Translations under genes and position numbers: made by a program
Notes under the pieces: model-generated
The model's input: only the letters and a program-made list of their open reading frames with translations
Told to the model about the DNA's origin: nothing
Databases searched by the model: none
NCBI RefSeq assembly: GCF_004010195.1
Contig: NC_057751.1
Span: 9,493,611 to 9,557,610 of the forward strand
Source of the DNA: Chiloscyllium plagiosum
Taxonomy: Eukaryota
Length of the DNA: 64,000 nt
Direction of reading: 5' to 3'
Shown: one piece after another, positions 1-14,511 of the stretch
How the letters are laid out: each line of letters begins with the position of its first letter
Position numbering within the stretch: position 1 is the stretch's first letter

Positions 1-849
1 TCATTTTTAACGGATCTTTGCAGTATTTCCAGATGAAGGCTATTTGCATTACCTGACCAATTTTACAAACATCCCAAAGTGATGAGGCTCTGGCTGAAAA
101 TGACCAAATGCAGCAGGGCTTTGCTTTGCATCACATTTTGTTCCATTCTTTCCAGTTAACCTTTGTGAATTCTTTTGATCTCTATTTATTTTGAAAACTT
201 TCAATGGCACAAGAAAGGCTTATGACCGCTGGGTGCAACAGAAGTGGACAAGGCTTATCTATGTTGCAATACAGTTCACTTAAACCACAGCTATGCAAGG
301 AATCTGAGGCCTAGAGCTTAAGAACCAGCTATTTATACCGAAGGATTAAAGTCTAAATGTCATCAGAAACTTCTGTTTGGTAAAGAGAACTTGGGATTTG
401 CAAATGAACCAACTGATTTGAAAAAGAATACATTGGGCAGGGGGTAGGTAACTTGTGGGGAGCATATTCCACCTATCAGAAACCAAATAAGATCACAGTT
501 AAAATTGCCCAGTAATTTCCTGAGTGCTGATTAATCACAAATTCAACTAGCTCAAATGCAAGTAAAATGTTCAAAGATGGTGAAATTCTTATTTTGCACT
601 TTTGTAATTCAGTGTCCTAAACAGGAAGCCACAATTTATCATCTGACTATTCCTGAGGAAAACTGGATTGGGACAAGGAAATCCAAGAGTTCAGTTTTTA
701 AACCTCCTCATATTCAATCTCCTCCTGCTCAGAATTCGCTGACAGAAATCTTATCCCACTCTCTCCAGTTTTTGGAAACTGTCCCTTCAACCTCAACAAA
801 AACCTTGCAACTAAAGGATAAGAGCAGAAGTGCAGGGAATGTTCAGGAA

Positions 850-1400
850 ACAATTGAGCACAATGTGAAACACAAAAGAGTTTCTTTGGTTGAGAAAAAA
901 AAGAGCGCTATCAGGAGGTTGTGAAAGGTAACATGATCGGAACAGTTGCAACAACACGCATGAAATGGGAGGATGGAGGCAGGGTGTTTGGCCATGTAGT
1001 TAAGTTGAAAATCAGTGGGATTCAGCCCAGAAACACAGAAAAAGAAGTTGAGAAAGGGAAGAAAAATGTTAAAGACAGACTTGTGAAGGTGAAGGAAGAA
1101 ATGAATTTATAAGTGAAATTGATCACTAATTGCAGTTCTGGGGCAAGCAGGACATGACACTGACACAATTATCAATATATTGAAAGAAAGATTTTTGGAA
1201 GAGCCCTGAGTAGAACTGGAGCAAAGAATGTTTCATATGCACCAAAGGCATTGCAAGGACACATGTCGTTAAACACAGCAACAACTTTTCATTTTAGGAA
1301 GTATTGCATGTTAAATAAAAGAACAATGTCAACCACCCAGAGGATGGTGGCATTGGATCAGCCTCCAAGGAAAAGCAGAGACCTCTTAGCTTGTCCTCAC
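850..1400 (-). mobile_element. Old Penelope-like element RT fragment
   Basis: Minus strand reads YIDNCVSVMSC...ELQLVINFTYKFISSFTF, a decayed match to the YIDDCISATSC...EQFINFTNTF..LKFTW segment of the Penelope RT at 59860-59960 in this window. Confidence 0.55.
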
Positions 1401-2395
1401 AGGTAGAGGGATTGGTAGAAGCATTCCACAGTAAAGGGGAAACAGTGCTCCCTCAATTTTAACCTCTTATTTCATTAAAACATATATTTTTTTAAATTTC
1501 AAACTTTGATCTGCACTCTGAACCATATATCAAGCATATTATTTCAATGTGAAATTTATGCAAATCCAATTAATTGCTAAGTAAACTATGAAGCAAATCC
1601 ATCATATCTTTGGCTGCCTGCATATGCAGTAAATCATGTCCCACTTCAGACTCGATTTCTGCATTGTCTCAGAAGCTCCCTTCCATAAACAAATAATGTG
1701 ATGAATGTTCAGAATACAGGGATTGATTGAACTGAAATATTTATTCCTTTTGACCTTCTACTATTTAGACAACAGAAAAGGCAGCCATGTCCAAAAAGCA
1801 GTTACGTGTTTAAAGTTGAAAATCTAACATTGCAACATTTGATTCTCGGTAATATACATTCTTTCAAGTTTCGCAACACAGAACATCTCCCATCAACATT
1901 TCTGTGAAAGCACTCCATGGTTGGACAGACAGCTTCATGTTTCTGGTGACAGCACTCAACTATCTGCACAGCTCAGTTGACGTAGAACAATAATGAGCTC
2001 CTGTTGTCACGCACAGCCTGACTCCACATTTTCAGATCTTGCATCACCCTTCAATCCTACGGACTGCTGGTCAACCTCACATTCCTTCATATAGGTTTCC
2101 CTTGAGTATAATCTTTTGAGTCCTGCAGCATCTCTGCTATGGCATCTGTGTTAACCAGTTTCTTTCATGTTTGTACATAGTGGTCATGAGCGGCAAAGGG
2201 TTCTTCCAAATCTCTGCAGTTAGCAAATATTGTGTATTGACCCCATCTGTTGCAACAGGTACCCAGAGGAATATCTCTCTATTTTCGAAATATGAAGCCA
2301 TTTTTCAGGAATCGACACTTCGTTGGACAACTTATTGTGCAGCATTTGTCCTAAAACTGAGTCTTTGCTTGGGAATTAAAACCCCGTCCCACTTA

Positions 2396-2536
<141 letters not shown>

Positions 2537-4289
2537 TTAAAGTATCACAGTTAAAATGGAGATTTGCCACAGGATGCTAATATACGAACACAGAAAAGGT
2601 AAACATTTACACCAAAACTAGAAGCTAATTGAGGATCGGATCACATTTTTAGGTTAATCTATTTTCATCTTTGTATCCCATGACCATTTTTCAAATTGTA
2701 TGGTTCCAAATATTAACTAAATCTCCAAAGATTTCACATTCTACTTTGAGAAAGCACTTTGGACAAACACTTAGTCAGTTACCCGGAGAAACAACAAATG
2801 TTTTCTGATTCTCTTTTAAATTTACAATAGCATACAGTCAAAATGATTCGGTGAATGTTTTGAGGTTTCACGTATTAACAGACCCCATGCAAATAAATTA
2901 TCAAACTGATTGAAAAGCAGTGCCTCGAAACTATGGCCATTTACATCAGATGCAGACTGTGGAGCAGGGATACAAAGCCAAGGCAAGGTTCTCAAGCAGG
3001 GCTAAGTTCTATGTAAGTCTGAAAGAAGGGCTGAAGGCAGACACAACGTCAGATGCTGGCCTTGCAAGACTGCATGGAAGGTGGTAATGTGGGCCAGATG
3101 CTGAGGCTGAATTGAATTTCAAATCAGAGTCAGTTTTTTTGCAGTATGTCATGACAAACCCCATGAATGTATTTCTTTGTTGATCACATTTTCACACTGA
3201 GAATCTGACAATAGGTAAAAATATAATTGTAGAGGAGTATATAACACCTTCATGCATTCTGTCATGAATGTGCTGTTGCAGATACTAAACATGTACTTCT
3301 TGCCTTACAAGGTGGGAGATTTATGCTAGACACACATTCACATAAGAACATGTGACACATGAACGTGTAATACATATACATTCCATATAACCATATCCAA
3401 TGTCAAATAGATCTTGTTGTCTTTTCTACACTGAATCTGGTCTTATCACTTTACAATGTCAATGACATCCTTCAAGAAAGCAATATAAAGGCTCTTCATT
3501 TTGGCTTTTGTGATTAACATTCTTAATATGTTAAGAATCTTATGTGCAACTAGGATTGGCATCAATTATTTATCCATGACTATCAGGAAATAAGGCACAA
3601 ACATCACTTGGTTAAACATGCAAATCAGAAAAGTAGGTTCATAAGCAATGGCATTTGTATCACGTGTCCTCAGATCTTTGTTTGCATGGCTATAGACTAA
3701 CAGATAAGAGAAAGGATCACGTTGGACATGGATCTGATACTGAGGTTACACTTGAATAGATACATAAGGCTGTACCCAGGAATCATGATTTGAGTTCCGC
3801 TTTGAAAGAAGGATATCCTCTTAAAATGGGCTCATTGTGTTCCTATTCTGGGAGCTTGTGTCACAGTAATGAACTCATAAACGTATCTGTCATGCAATTT
3901 CCTGATATTCTGCCCAAAATTATTCACTTCTGCAAGACTAAGAACAGACCACAGATGAACTCATGGAAAACACTTTGAAAGCAGGCATTGCTGAATGTAT
4001 CTGTTAAGAACTGTAGGCAACAGCCAAATTAGCAGAATACCATCTGTAGAACTGTGCCCATGTGACAAAAAAATACCCGATGTTAAGATACTTTAATGGG
4101 TTAATACAGCTTTCACATGCCTTTAACTCGTTGCAGATATGCTGCAATAAAGACTGAGGAGGACAGTCCCATAGTAAGGCTCTTTACAAACACTTCATAC
4201 AACTCCACCACAACTCAACTCCGTGGGTCTTTCAAGTGCTGTGTCGCTCATCATTTTTACATTAAAGGAACCAAATATTGATTCTTCCC

Positions 4290-4700
4290 TCAATTGTCAC
4301 CTAATGGAAAGCACTCTTGCCTATGAATTGGAAGGTACTGAGTTCCTGTCCACAGCAGCATGTTAAGCATAAAATACTATGCTCAGACAATACAGAAGTA
4401 CAGTTCTGCACTTTTGGAGGTGCCATTTTTAGATAAGACATTTAATCAAGGTCCGGTTTACATAAAATATCCTGTGAGTGGAGTCCCAGTGAATGTACAG
4501 TCCTCAATCAACATCACGAATAACAGATCATCTGATTGTCATCACACAGACATGTACAGTAACTTGTTGTGTCCTGCTTAGTTATCGCATTTCCTAAGCG
4601 ACAATACTGACTTCAGTTTAAAGATTTCTTTTTGCTCTGAAGTGCTTTGGGATGTTGCAAATCCATAAAATGTGCTATGTTCATGCCAATCTTTCTTTTT
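4290..4700 (+). mobile_element. DeuSINE/SacSINE1-like SINE, diverged
   Basis: Similar along its length to the copy at 10755-11430 (ggaggtgccatttt..gataagacattta; gtgctttgggatgttg...tctttctttt tail). Confidence 0.55.
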
Positions 4701-5084
4701 CAATGAAAAAAAAACTCAGATTCTACCATCTATCTTTGAATTTCAACTTTTAAGTTCTGAAGCCAACAATGCCACACTTTTTGATTGTCTTTCTCATCAA
4801 CATAGTTTTTGTCACAAACAGAAAGCTGAATACACCATTTTTTAAAATAACCTTTTTGATTGACAATCAAATATCACTAAGGTCCATGTAACTTCTTGGT
4901 TCTCGTTGTTCACAAATCAACAGTAGCCAGAAATTTTAAAGTTACATATTTCGTCTTCTCGTGTGATCAGTGGAGAAACAGCCACCAGATTGAAATCATC
5001 CTTGTTCCCCTTAATAATGGAATTCACTTAGTTTTCTGCAGATTCAAGACCATTTGCCATTCCTTATTCTTTGCACCATTTATA

Positions 5085-5480
5085 GAGTCAGAGTCACAGA
5101 GTCCCTGCCATCCAGACATCCCAATCTATCCCAGTCGCATTACCAGCATTTGATCAAAATACCTCCAAGCCCTTTTTATTCATCTACTCATTCAGATGTC
5201 TTGCGATGTTTTCACTTATTTGGAGAGAGAATAATCAGCACTTTATTTTTATTTAACCTATTTTTTTCTAACCAACCTGTTCAGAGATGTTATTACACAC
5301 CTCTGGAGCAGGTGGTCCTGAACCTGGGCCTCCTGCTCCAGAGGTAGGGAATACTACCATGGCACCATCAGATTCCCCCACAACAATAATGCCTTTTAAA
5401 TGCTGTAACTATACCTGCCTCCACCATTTCTTCTGGCAGCTCGTACCAGATGGGCACCACCCTCAACATGAAAAATTCTT
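5085..5480 (-). mobile_element. CR1 3' fragment interrupted by a short tRNA-derived SINE head (about 5278-5375)
   Basis: Starts tagagtcagagtcacagag (CR1 3' tail as at 33063); the SINE piece resembles 27770-27870 in opposite orientation. Confidence 0.5.
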
Positions 5481-5927
5481 CAAGTTGGTGTTCCATCTCC
5501 TCAGCACAAAACTACCTACCTGAGTCAATTTCATAGCACTGCTCATACCATCCAATCCAATATCACTTATCTGAACTTTTGTACTTCTCTCTTATTGAAA
5601 AGCTAAAAATATGGAGGATTCTGAAAATTGGAGATTTTTGTCAAGTTTCTCACCTCTCCTGCAAGTATGACACTGCAGGTTAATTTAATAATTCGTAGTT
5701 GAACATTTCTGTTTTCTAAGTAACTAACAAAAAAAGCATAACCCTGTCACTGCCCATTCCCCTCATAAAAGACATAACTGGCTAAACCCAAAATGACAAA
5801 GCATCTTGTCATCTGATATCATAGTTTCACCCAAAGGAACATACTCAGCTATGTCATATCCTTCCAGGGAATGGGTACTTAAGTTAGACTATCTCCACAG
5901 CCGCAAAAGTCGAAATGCTGGCTTTAC

Positions 5928-6045
5928 CTGGTTGGAAAAGTGGGGTCGTATGTGTAGAGAAGCAACTCCTGTGGATATCCCTTTGAAACCAAGTGATTTA
6001 TCATCAGCTGAAAGCCAAGCTCTTCATACTCAGGAGACCTGTAAA
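5928..6045 (-). CDS. NT5DC4: NT5C2-like 5'-nucleotidase, coding exon 3
   Basis: gtacag|TTTACAGG...CCAACCAG|gtaaag; 118 bp; (V)YRSPEYEELGFQLMINHLVSKGYPQELLLYTYDPTFPT(R) vs cN-II [40 protein letters not shown]; splice phases fit the flanking exons. Confidence 0.93.
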
Positions 6046-6274
6046 CTGTACAATAAAAGCATCTTTCAGCATCGATACAGCATTATCTTTCAGAGATCAT
6101 TAGGAAAAATCAGCGTGATAGCAATGCAACGATAAACACGATCAAGATGACTAAATGAAATCTCCTTCTCCTATCTATTCTGAATACTCTCCTTTAAACT
6201 GTGAGAAGCTCATATGTACTCAAGCGAAAGAACATGCAATTATTTCAAAGCATTATGAGCATGTAACATTGAGA

Positions 6275-6375
6275 ACAGACTGAAGAAGGGTTCCTGGATT
6301 CAAAACATTAACTCTGATTTTCTCTCTTCAGATGCTGCCAGACTTGCTGAGTTTCTCCAATACTTTTTGTTTTTG
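6275..6375 (+). mobile_element. Old Penelope terminal-repeat fragment with degenerate hammerhead core
   Basis: ctgaagaagggttcctggattcaaaacattaactctg...gatgctgccagacttgctgagtttctcca; same family as 11281-11375(-), 40905-41005(+) and 42890-43040. Confidence 0.6.
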
Positions 6376-6517
6376 ATTTTTTTGTTTTCCTGACTGAGAT
6401 CAATTATTGTGCCTTCAGCTCTGGTTGGGATTTATTCACTCTGCACAGCTGGGCTTTGCATCTCACTTCTTCTCCTCTGCATACTTCATTGCTGTTATTG
6501 GGTCTGCCTTCAAACTA

Positions 6518-6673
<156 letters not shown>

Positions 6674-8479
6674 TCACAAAAATAGAAATGAGAGACAAAA
6701 TTCGGTCAATTTTGTTGTATGCCCTGCCACAATGCCTTCGAGGTATACATTTTTCCAGGACTCTCCATAGTTGACTGTGGATGAGAATCACTACCTTCTG
6801 GTCAAACTAGAAGAGTCTCTTCTCGTGAATAGTATACATCTCTGCAACTATTTTTTATGTCACAAAGATATAGTATCCATTTATACATAGGTGATTTGGA
6901 AGACCTGATCTTAGGTTTGACTTTTTAAAGGATCTTTGTTCTCCTCCCCAGTCGACCTCATTCAATCATTACAGCAGATGTTGCTTATGGCACTCAATCA
7001 GTCGTAATTCTTTAAAAATCAGATTCAATATCTTCTTCCAAGTTTGTTTCCAGTCAATTCTCGTTGTCCATTTGTTCATATAATTACATTTACTACAACC
7101 CCTTCTATCCTACATTGCCAAGTCCTTGACTTTATAAATAAAGGTAATCTGAAAGTTTCACAATCATCCCTGAAAGTATTTTCTTTGAACACAAAAGACT
7201 GGTAATTTGTTGGGTGAATGATGGTTACCTTTGACTCTCTTTTGAATGAGGTCTGAGGTTGTCCTCTTATCAGGTTCAGCATTCAGTTCATAACAATTAA
7301 TAATGTGAGGAAGGTTCAAACACAACTGGTTTAGGTATCTGCAGTTCGAGCAGGAGTACAAATGATGCAAGAGCTCTGTTGGTGAACAATTGTATTTTTT
7401 TTTGTTCAATCTTTCATCAACACATGTTGTCCCATTCCTAGGCCGAGCAAAGTAGATTTTAATGTAATGCGTGACCTATTATTACAGGCACTCTCTGATC
7501 ATGCTCTTCAACTGATGCCCAATGGATCAGCCTGTCGTCCATGTGACACATGACTCTGTGAAGGTCTGACAATCAAGTACAAAATATCACAAATGAATAA
7601 ATAAATAAAACAACTTTGCTTTTGGTATGTTCAGAGAAACTCTTGGCTGTAAGGTGAATTTCACTAATGCCTTGTTGAGTTGTGCAAGGTCAAAACAAAT
7701 TTGAATAGTACAGGAGACCTTGAGAAAGTGTATAAGGTATGAGCAGATAGAGAAAGAGTTAGCTTAGGGTTGATTGACAAAGGCTCAGCTAGCACGAATT
7801 TGACCAGATAAGATCTTGCAGTAAACAGTGAGGTGCTGGAGGCAAGGGTAGTGGTTTAACGAGGTGAAGAACATCCACTGTGTAATGCCAGATGGCTTAA
7901 ATTTACTGTTGATGCTCAGTGATTCTAACTGTCACCCAATCAATATAGATGTTGCCTTATTTGGATGCTGCCTCCCTGAAAGAAACTATACAATTCCTTA
8001 AGAATCTGCTGTTCGAGAGGAGACTGAGAACTCATGTCTTTGTGTGCATGGGTGATCGCTCTCTCTCCAGGGCTCGGAATAAAGATGAAGAAAGTAGAGC
8101 CATACTGTTGCTTCAACTGTTAAGGAAACGGGACGACAATGTGCAGCAACCAAGCCCAAACACTTTTCTGTTGGATTGGTGACCAAGGAAATAACAACCA
8201 TGCTTGGGTCTCGACTTATTTCATTTAGAGATGTGTCATCTTGCTGGGTGTGTCGAAGTATAAGAATTTTGCATCTTTCGTCATTGTAATGAGGAATTCA
8301 GGTTTTAATCTTCCTAACCCTTTGAACAAATTGAGATATTGCTTTTCAAAAAAACTCTTTAGTTGTCCTGCTTAACCTCTTCCACATTTTGAATGAGATT
8401 GAAGTCAAAGGACACTTTTCCACTCAGGAATTAAAGTGATGGATTGTTAGGTGTATATAGATAAAAACAAGTCAAGAGG

Positions 8480-9080
8480 AAGTTGTTAATGACTGCGTAA
8501 CATAAAAATAGACAAACAGAAAGGACCAGAAACATTTGCAACACTTAAAAGCCAAATCACTTAGGATGAATGCTCCAATGGTGAGCAAAGGGTAACACAT
8601 TATAATTTTCCATTCCTCTTCAGAAATATGGTGAGTGACAAAGGACTAGAGGATTGTTCAAAAAAGGGAGAGATGAATCTGGTAATTACAGTTAAATGCT
8701 CATGGTGGGGAGACTGTTAGATACAATAACACAGAGAAAAATTAACAGGCACTTGTGCAAATACAGATTGACAAATGAGTCAGCATGAACGAGTCGTAGG
8801 CAAATTGCATTTGATGAATTTGGTTAAGTTTTTGATGAGATAACTGAGAGGGCAAATATTGGTATACAGTTGATATTGTGCAATTGCAATTTCAAAAGGT
8901 ATTTGATAAATATTATATGTGAGGCTTATTGCAAAGTTGAAACTCATGGGTGTTTTGGGACAGTAGCAGCATGAATCTCAAACAAAGATTGCACAAAACA
9001 TTGTAAATACTGTATTTTTGTACTGGAGAAATGTATCCAGGTTCACTGTTGTTACTGTGCTGTTTTTGTGATATTCTATA
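8480..9080 (+). mobile_element. Old CR1 LINE RT fragment
   Basis: Decayed SQH..CLxNL..FFDEIT...VDIV..FQKVFDK pattern as in the younger CR1 copies. Confidence 0.55.
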
Positions 9081-10754
9081 CTTCTCAACAGTTATAGGTG
9101 ACTGTTTTTAAGAATCTGTAAAATTGATATTAACATAAGATCCCATATAGACGACTGACACCTGCTTACAATTTTTCAAATTTGGAAATTCAGTAAATAT
9201 ATTCTTGCTAATCCCAGGATTCAAAAATTTGAATTTCTCACTTTGGTCATACTCCATAATTCTTGACAATGCAATCAATTGTTACTTAAATGAAAATAAG
9301 CTATTAAGTGGAAACGAGAGTTTTGTTGCTGACAGTAACACATGCAGGTTTGTTTGTTCTCTGCTGTTCCTGATTTCTCACAGAAAGCCAAGCCCATTGC
9401 CAACAATAGCCTAATCCAAAGTCAAGGGAATTAAATATGCCATTCAGGTGACTAAATGACGTGCAAAGCAACAAGTTTTTCATCCATAACGTACCTAAAA
9501 CGTTTTGGGATATATTTCTTTTCATTGGGGTCCAATGCACCTTGACCTTTCTACTTGAGTAATTTAAATATAGGAAACAGTGGGTGTGTCTGCTTCCACC
9601 ATAGAGCCCAGGCAAAATCAGTGTTTGGGGTCCCATGTGGAGAGGTTTCTCTTCAATCTGTGCAGGGCCATGCTCTGTTAGGCCAACTGCTAAAAACAAA
9701 CTGGAACTCCAATGTTGTCAAGAAAATGCTCGACCTGGTAGTTGCAAACAGTGTTTCAAGTAAATTTCAAAGAACAGTTCACAGGATGTACTTCTCAATT
9801 GCAGAGACTCAATTACGAATAGTGTTTGTGTGTCAATCACAAGGCAAGTAAATTGAGCTGCAGAAATTTTCTGGCACAGGAAATCGGAAATCTGTTGCAA
9901 AAAAGGTGGGGCTATTGAAAGGAGCACTTGAGCATCTTTCCCCCAAATGAACGCATCAAACAGAGGAGTCAGAGCTTCTGAAAGCTGTGCGTCCCTGTCT
10001 TAGCTCAAATGAAAAGAATGGGCATTGAGATGAAGCAGTGGAACAAAGCTAGCATTGAGACCATAGGGAACTATTCGAAAAGAGTCAACATTTACAGGGG
10101 GGAAATTACTCTTGCAAAATGGGTTCAAACCACACACACAAAACCTTCCAGTGTGGACGTTTGTGATTCAGTACCACTATCTGATTATGTAGCAGACTAT
10201 CAGCATGATGTATTCCTTGAGTTGTTAGTAATGATGAAAACTCAACTCTGTTGTTGCAGAAAATGCCAAAAAGCTTCAAAGGCATAATTAGTCAAACATT
10301 CTTCAAAAATAAGGACTAACAGCCACAATTTCTAACTCAAAATTACAAGCACAGGTGGAAATTATGCAGTTACTTAAATCTATTTGACTTGATTGAAGTA
10401 TTCCATGAACTTTGACCTGTTAACTGGTAGATTTCATCATCATAGAGCATACCAGCGCACAATCATGGGACAATCTCTGATAACACAGCAACAACAGCAT
10501 TCAGTCAGCTGAATGAATTAAATATCCACAGACCACAAATCATGTGGTTGGTCCACAAGGGCATGAATTGATAATAAAGAATCAGCATGAACTCAGACTG
10601 CATGATAATAAAGAACAGTGGTCAACCCAGATGGTCATGGCCTTGATAACAGAATGCTAAGAAGTGGTTAACCCGCTGGCTGCCAGACCACAGTTCATGG
10701 ACAGAATAGTGCCACTTGGACTTTCAACTGCATCTCAACACTTTGAACTCTCAT

Positions 10755-11430
10755 TAACATGGTTATTAGCATTCTCAACTCTGAGTCAGCATGTTGTGGC
10801 CTCAAGTCTCAGAACTGATTGCTGAGCAGAAAACTGAAGCTAACACTTCTGTGCAGCACTGAGGTAGTGCTATGCAATCAAAAATGCCATCTTCTGGCTG
10901 AGATATTAAACTGTACATTAATCAATCACTAAGTTCCATTTCAAAACACTGGCAGGGGAATTCCAAATTCATGTCCTGGCCAATGGTTACCCCTCATCCA
11001 GTGCTATTAAAATAGATTAGTGAGTTTGGAGAAGATTTGTAGCTCAGGTTGAGGTTCTGGATGTAAATTTGCTCGCTGAGCTGGAAGGTTCATTTTCATG
11101 GTTCAAAAATGAACCTTCCAGCTCAGCGAGCTAACTTACATTCATCAAAATAGATTTTCCAAATATTATCACATTGTTCTTTGTGGGATCTCTTATGTGC
11201 AAATTGACTACAGTGCTTCTGACATTACAACAGCAATTACTGATTGAAAAACCTTCATAGGCAATCAAGCTCTTTGGGACAAAAACAGAAATTGCTGGAG
11301 AAACTCAGCAAGTCTGGTACCAATTGTGGAGAGAAAGCAGAGTAAATGTTTCTGATCCAGTGACCATTCTTCTGATGTTGTGAGGTTGTAAAAGGCACCA
11401 ATTAAATGCAACTCTTTCATTTTCTTTTGC
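10755..11430 (+). mobile_element. DeuSINE/SacSINE1-like SINE carrying two Penelope-derived insertions (11019-11146 and 11281-11375)
   Basis: Body matches 4290-4700; the first insertion is flanked by the duplication aaaatagatt (11009-11018 / 11147-11156). Confidence 0.6.
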
Positions 11431-12675
11431 AGTATAATACAAGGAAGCTGAACTCAGTCAATTAAAGACAAGGAGACTCAAGGATGAAGCTGAAACTAAC
11501 TCATCAAAGTTGAAACTTAAAAGTACATGCTACTTATTTTGTGCAACCTCAGAATCAATGCTGTGACTGAGGCGACGCAGCAGACAAAAATAGAAAATGA
11601 CAAGCGAACTTTTCTGAAGGGTTTCCACTGGGAATCATATGCAAGTTATTCTCTAGCAAAGTTTGAACAACCTCTGCCATTCCTTCCAATTTACAACATG
11701 ATTTTTAAATACTTTGCTGAAAAGACACTAAAGATCTGCGACATATGGGTCAATTTTCTTTGTTAAAATCAAATCAAACTGTGGTGTTAAATTCTCTTCC
11801 CCAACTGACAGTGCATTTTGTATTAGTGCAATTGCAAAAGAAGCTGCACAAATACCTACTGAGCACTCCCACAGTCAGGTTAACATTGAAACATTTCTAC
11901 TTTGGATTTCCATGATTTGAATGAAAGAATGCATATCATTCAGCTTAATTTCTAGTTGACTGACCTTTTTCTACATTTGTCATGGAAGACTCTATGGTAT
12001 CAGCTGCTCCCGCTACTCAGTGCTAAAAATGATATAAAATAAATTACGAAGCTGTGGCATGTTAAATATCCCAATAAGTAAAATAATGCTTCACCCTGGG
12101 GAATGAAAAGTTCTGCTGCACTGTAAACCGAGTCCAAAGCCAGTTTTGTATTTTGCTGCACTTTGAATATGGTTCCTTACAATATCGTGACTTTTACAAA
12201 AAACAACACAAACACAAATATAGAAGAGGAGTTGATGATTTAACTACTTCCACCTACTTGTGGCGCTGAAGCATTGAGAGCATTACTACATTGCTCAGTC
12301 TTTGTACTGAAGCCGAACAGGGTCGTTTGCAGATTTGCGAGTTCGAAGGGTCCAAAGTATTTCAGCGAAGCAAATTATCGAAGGCGTAGGATTTCCACAG
12401 AATACTTTTTTCAATACATCATTTTTATCAGAAACATGTTATGGTGGCTTCCACTGTCAAAGGTAAGAAAACAGGAGCACATCTATTTCTGCAGAACCGA
12501 AGTGGAACCATTGGCATGATTCTTGTCAACAGACGACGTTTCCAGCCCACTGAGTTAACCAGACCTAATTGGATTTTGAACACTAGAATATTTGAAGCTA
12601 TTGGAATTATATCATGACATTTTGCACTTTGAATTTGAATGACTCTGAACAGAACATATTTATGAGCTTTATTAC

Positions 12676-12809
12676 CTGTGGTGATAGTCTCGTTTCAAAA
12701 ATCGATAATCGACCATTTGGCACTCCCGTGTGCTTTGGGCGTTCGTGTGATTCTCCTGACTTGAGTGATTATCGTTCTGCTCTGAGCATTCGCCTGTCAC
12801 ACTCCCCAT
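12676..12809 (-). CDS. NT5DC4: NT5C2-like 5'-nucleotidase, first coding exon
   Basis: agcATGG strong Kozak; MGSVTGECSEQNDNHSSQENHTNAQSTRECQMVDYRFLKRDYHH(R); ends CACAG|gtaata in phase 2, joining exon 6635 to give HHRVFVNRS (cN-II: EAYHRVFVNRS); lies in a locally CpG-enriched zone. Confidence 0.8.
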
Positions 12810-13340
12810 GCTGAACAAGTTCTTTCTAACTTAGCACACTTTAAAGTTTCCAGTGTGGCGCCGTAAAGAGAACTCGAGAACTAAACCAGTGAATTCATCC
12901 TGTGACCGTTCCAACTGAAATTATCCAATAACGTTTCAGTTTTTCATTTCTGATACACTATCAGTTGCGACAGCGTCGAGGCTGCAGTTTATCATTGGAG
13001 CTGTGTGCTCACTCTGACAGGGAGCTCGGCACGTTTCAGCAGCTGCTGCAGGAGCTCGAACAAACCTCTGACGATTGTGTGCCAAGTACATGGATCAGCA
13101 CTATCTCCGCTGTGTGAACCTTGCCCAAGTCTGGGGAATAACTTGCACAATTGGGCTGGCACTCCAAGGAAACCGAAATCCAGTTTCTGTGCAAGTGTTT
13201 TCATACTTCCTCACATCAGCAAACATCAGGCACTGAACGCATAATCTGTTCAACACACCATCACGTCATCCTAAAGAGTGAGTGCAGCTATTCCTGCGAA
13301 ACAGTACGCGATCCTGTGAAAGAATTGGCCAGCGGATGCT
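12810..13340 (-). promoter_or_regulatory. Probable promoter/5'UTR of the NT5C2-like gene
   Basis: CpG-enriched relative to the flanks, repeat-free, immediately upstream of the ATG at 12809. Confidence 0.45.
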
Positions 13341-14511
13341 GACTAAAAACAGCAAAGTTAATTTTCAAAATATAAACCTTTAACTCTTTATTTTCTTATT
13401 TTTCTATCTCTATCCTTTGATTTCTGTTCTTCAAAATGTTTCCCCCCCTACTTCATTTTCTGAAACTGAGCTGACAATCAGTTTTCTCCCACAGAGTCCC
13501 TTCATTTTCTGACTCTTGAACCTCGCTGCGTGCCTGTTCATTCAAGTGCCAAATGTCCTAGTTCTGTTACTACTTTGGAGGCAAGAATATTTCAGCTAAA
13601 GGATGCAGAAGGAATAAACCTAATTAAGAGCAGATATTACTGTATGCTGCAAGTTTTGAACCAATACTCTTTCATGTCGGTTCTTTACCTAATCTGGATT
13701 TGTTCTTTTCACTAATTTAATGGTTTCTGAGTGAATGAAGGTCAGATTTTGAACAGCAGAAACAACGCTCTGTTCATCAGAATCAAATTACTCCCGAAGA
13801 GCTTTAATCTGTTGAAGTTGCTTGACATGCTGTTGATTTGATCAATGTGTGGATCAAAGGATTAAGTGATTAGATCTGACTCAAAGAATTTGTGCTGATC
13901 CTCAAAAGATTAAACTGGACCAGCACGAAGGTAGGTCACAGCACTCGTGAAGGTGTCACGACAAACAAATCATATCCTCTCTCGCCCCTCCGCAAGCTCA
14001 GGACAGTCGTCCTCTTTGTTTCTTGTCATTCAATTCCAGCCTTAAAATGTAGAACACAGCCCTCTCTAGCGGTGTAAAATTCAAGGTCATTTCAGGGAAA
14101 TGGGTGAAACAAAGTCCATCAAAAGCTTGACAATTTCCTGTAAGCACAAGAACAGGTTTGTTTGAGCTGTGAAAAACAGTCAAGAGATGGTCAGCAGGCA
14201 ATGTTCATAGAAATTATAGCAGGGATCCATTCTTCATTTTATCTTCAAATACGATACAGCACAATCTTTGCACATTACTGTCCAATGATGCACTCTTTCA
14301 CCCCTGCTAGTGTATGAAAACGTGGATTGATCTGTAATTCACATAAGCTAACTAAGATCAACTGAAAAAAAAATCCTTAAGTGAGATCCGATGTGCTTAA
14401 CTATAAAACACAGTCAAATCAGGTTACAGTCTATTTAAAGTTTTAGCTATTTGATAGGATTGTTAACATTGAACACAAGAACATGGATTTTCCATGGAGG
14501 CCACTTAATTG

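Noticed and set aside
556..924. 122-aa ORF and the many other 60-170-aa ORFs outside the listed features
   Set aside because: No domain similarity; many start at non-ATG codons or are antisense shadows of LINE fragments.
6795..7565. Alternative first-exon candidates for the NT5C2-like gene near 6795-6841 and 7475-7565
   Set aside because: Weak donors or stops in the needed frame; the 12676-12809 exon fits better on phase, Kozak and similarity.
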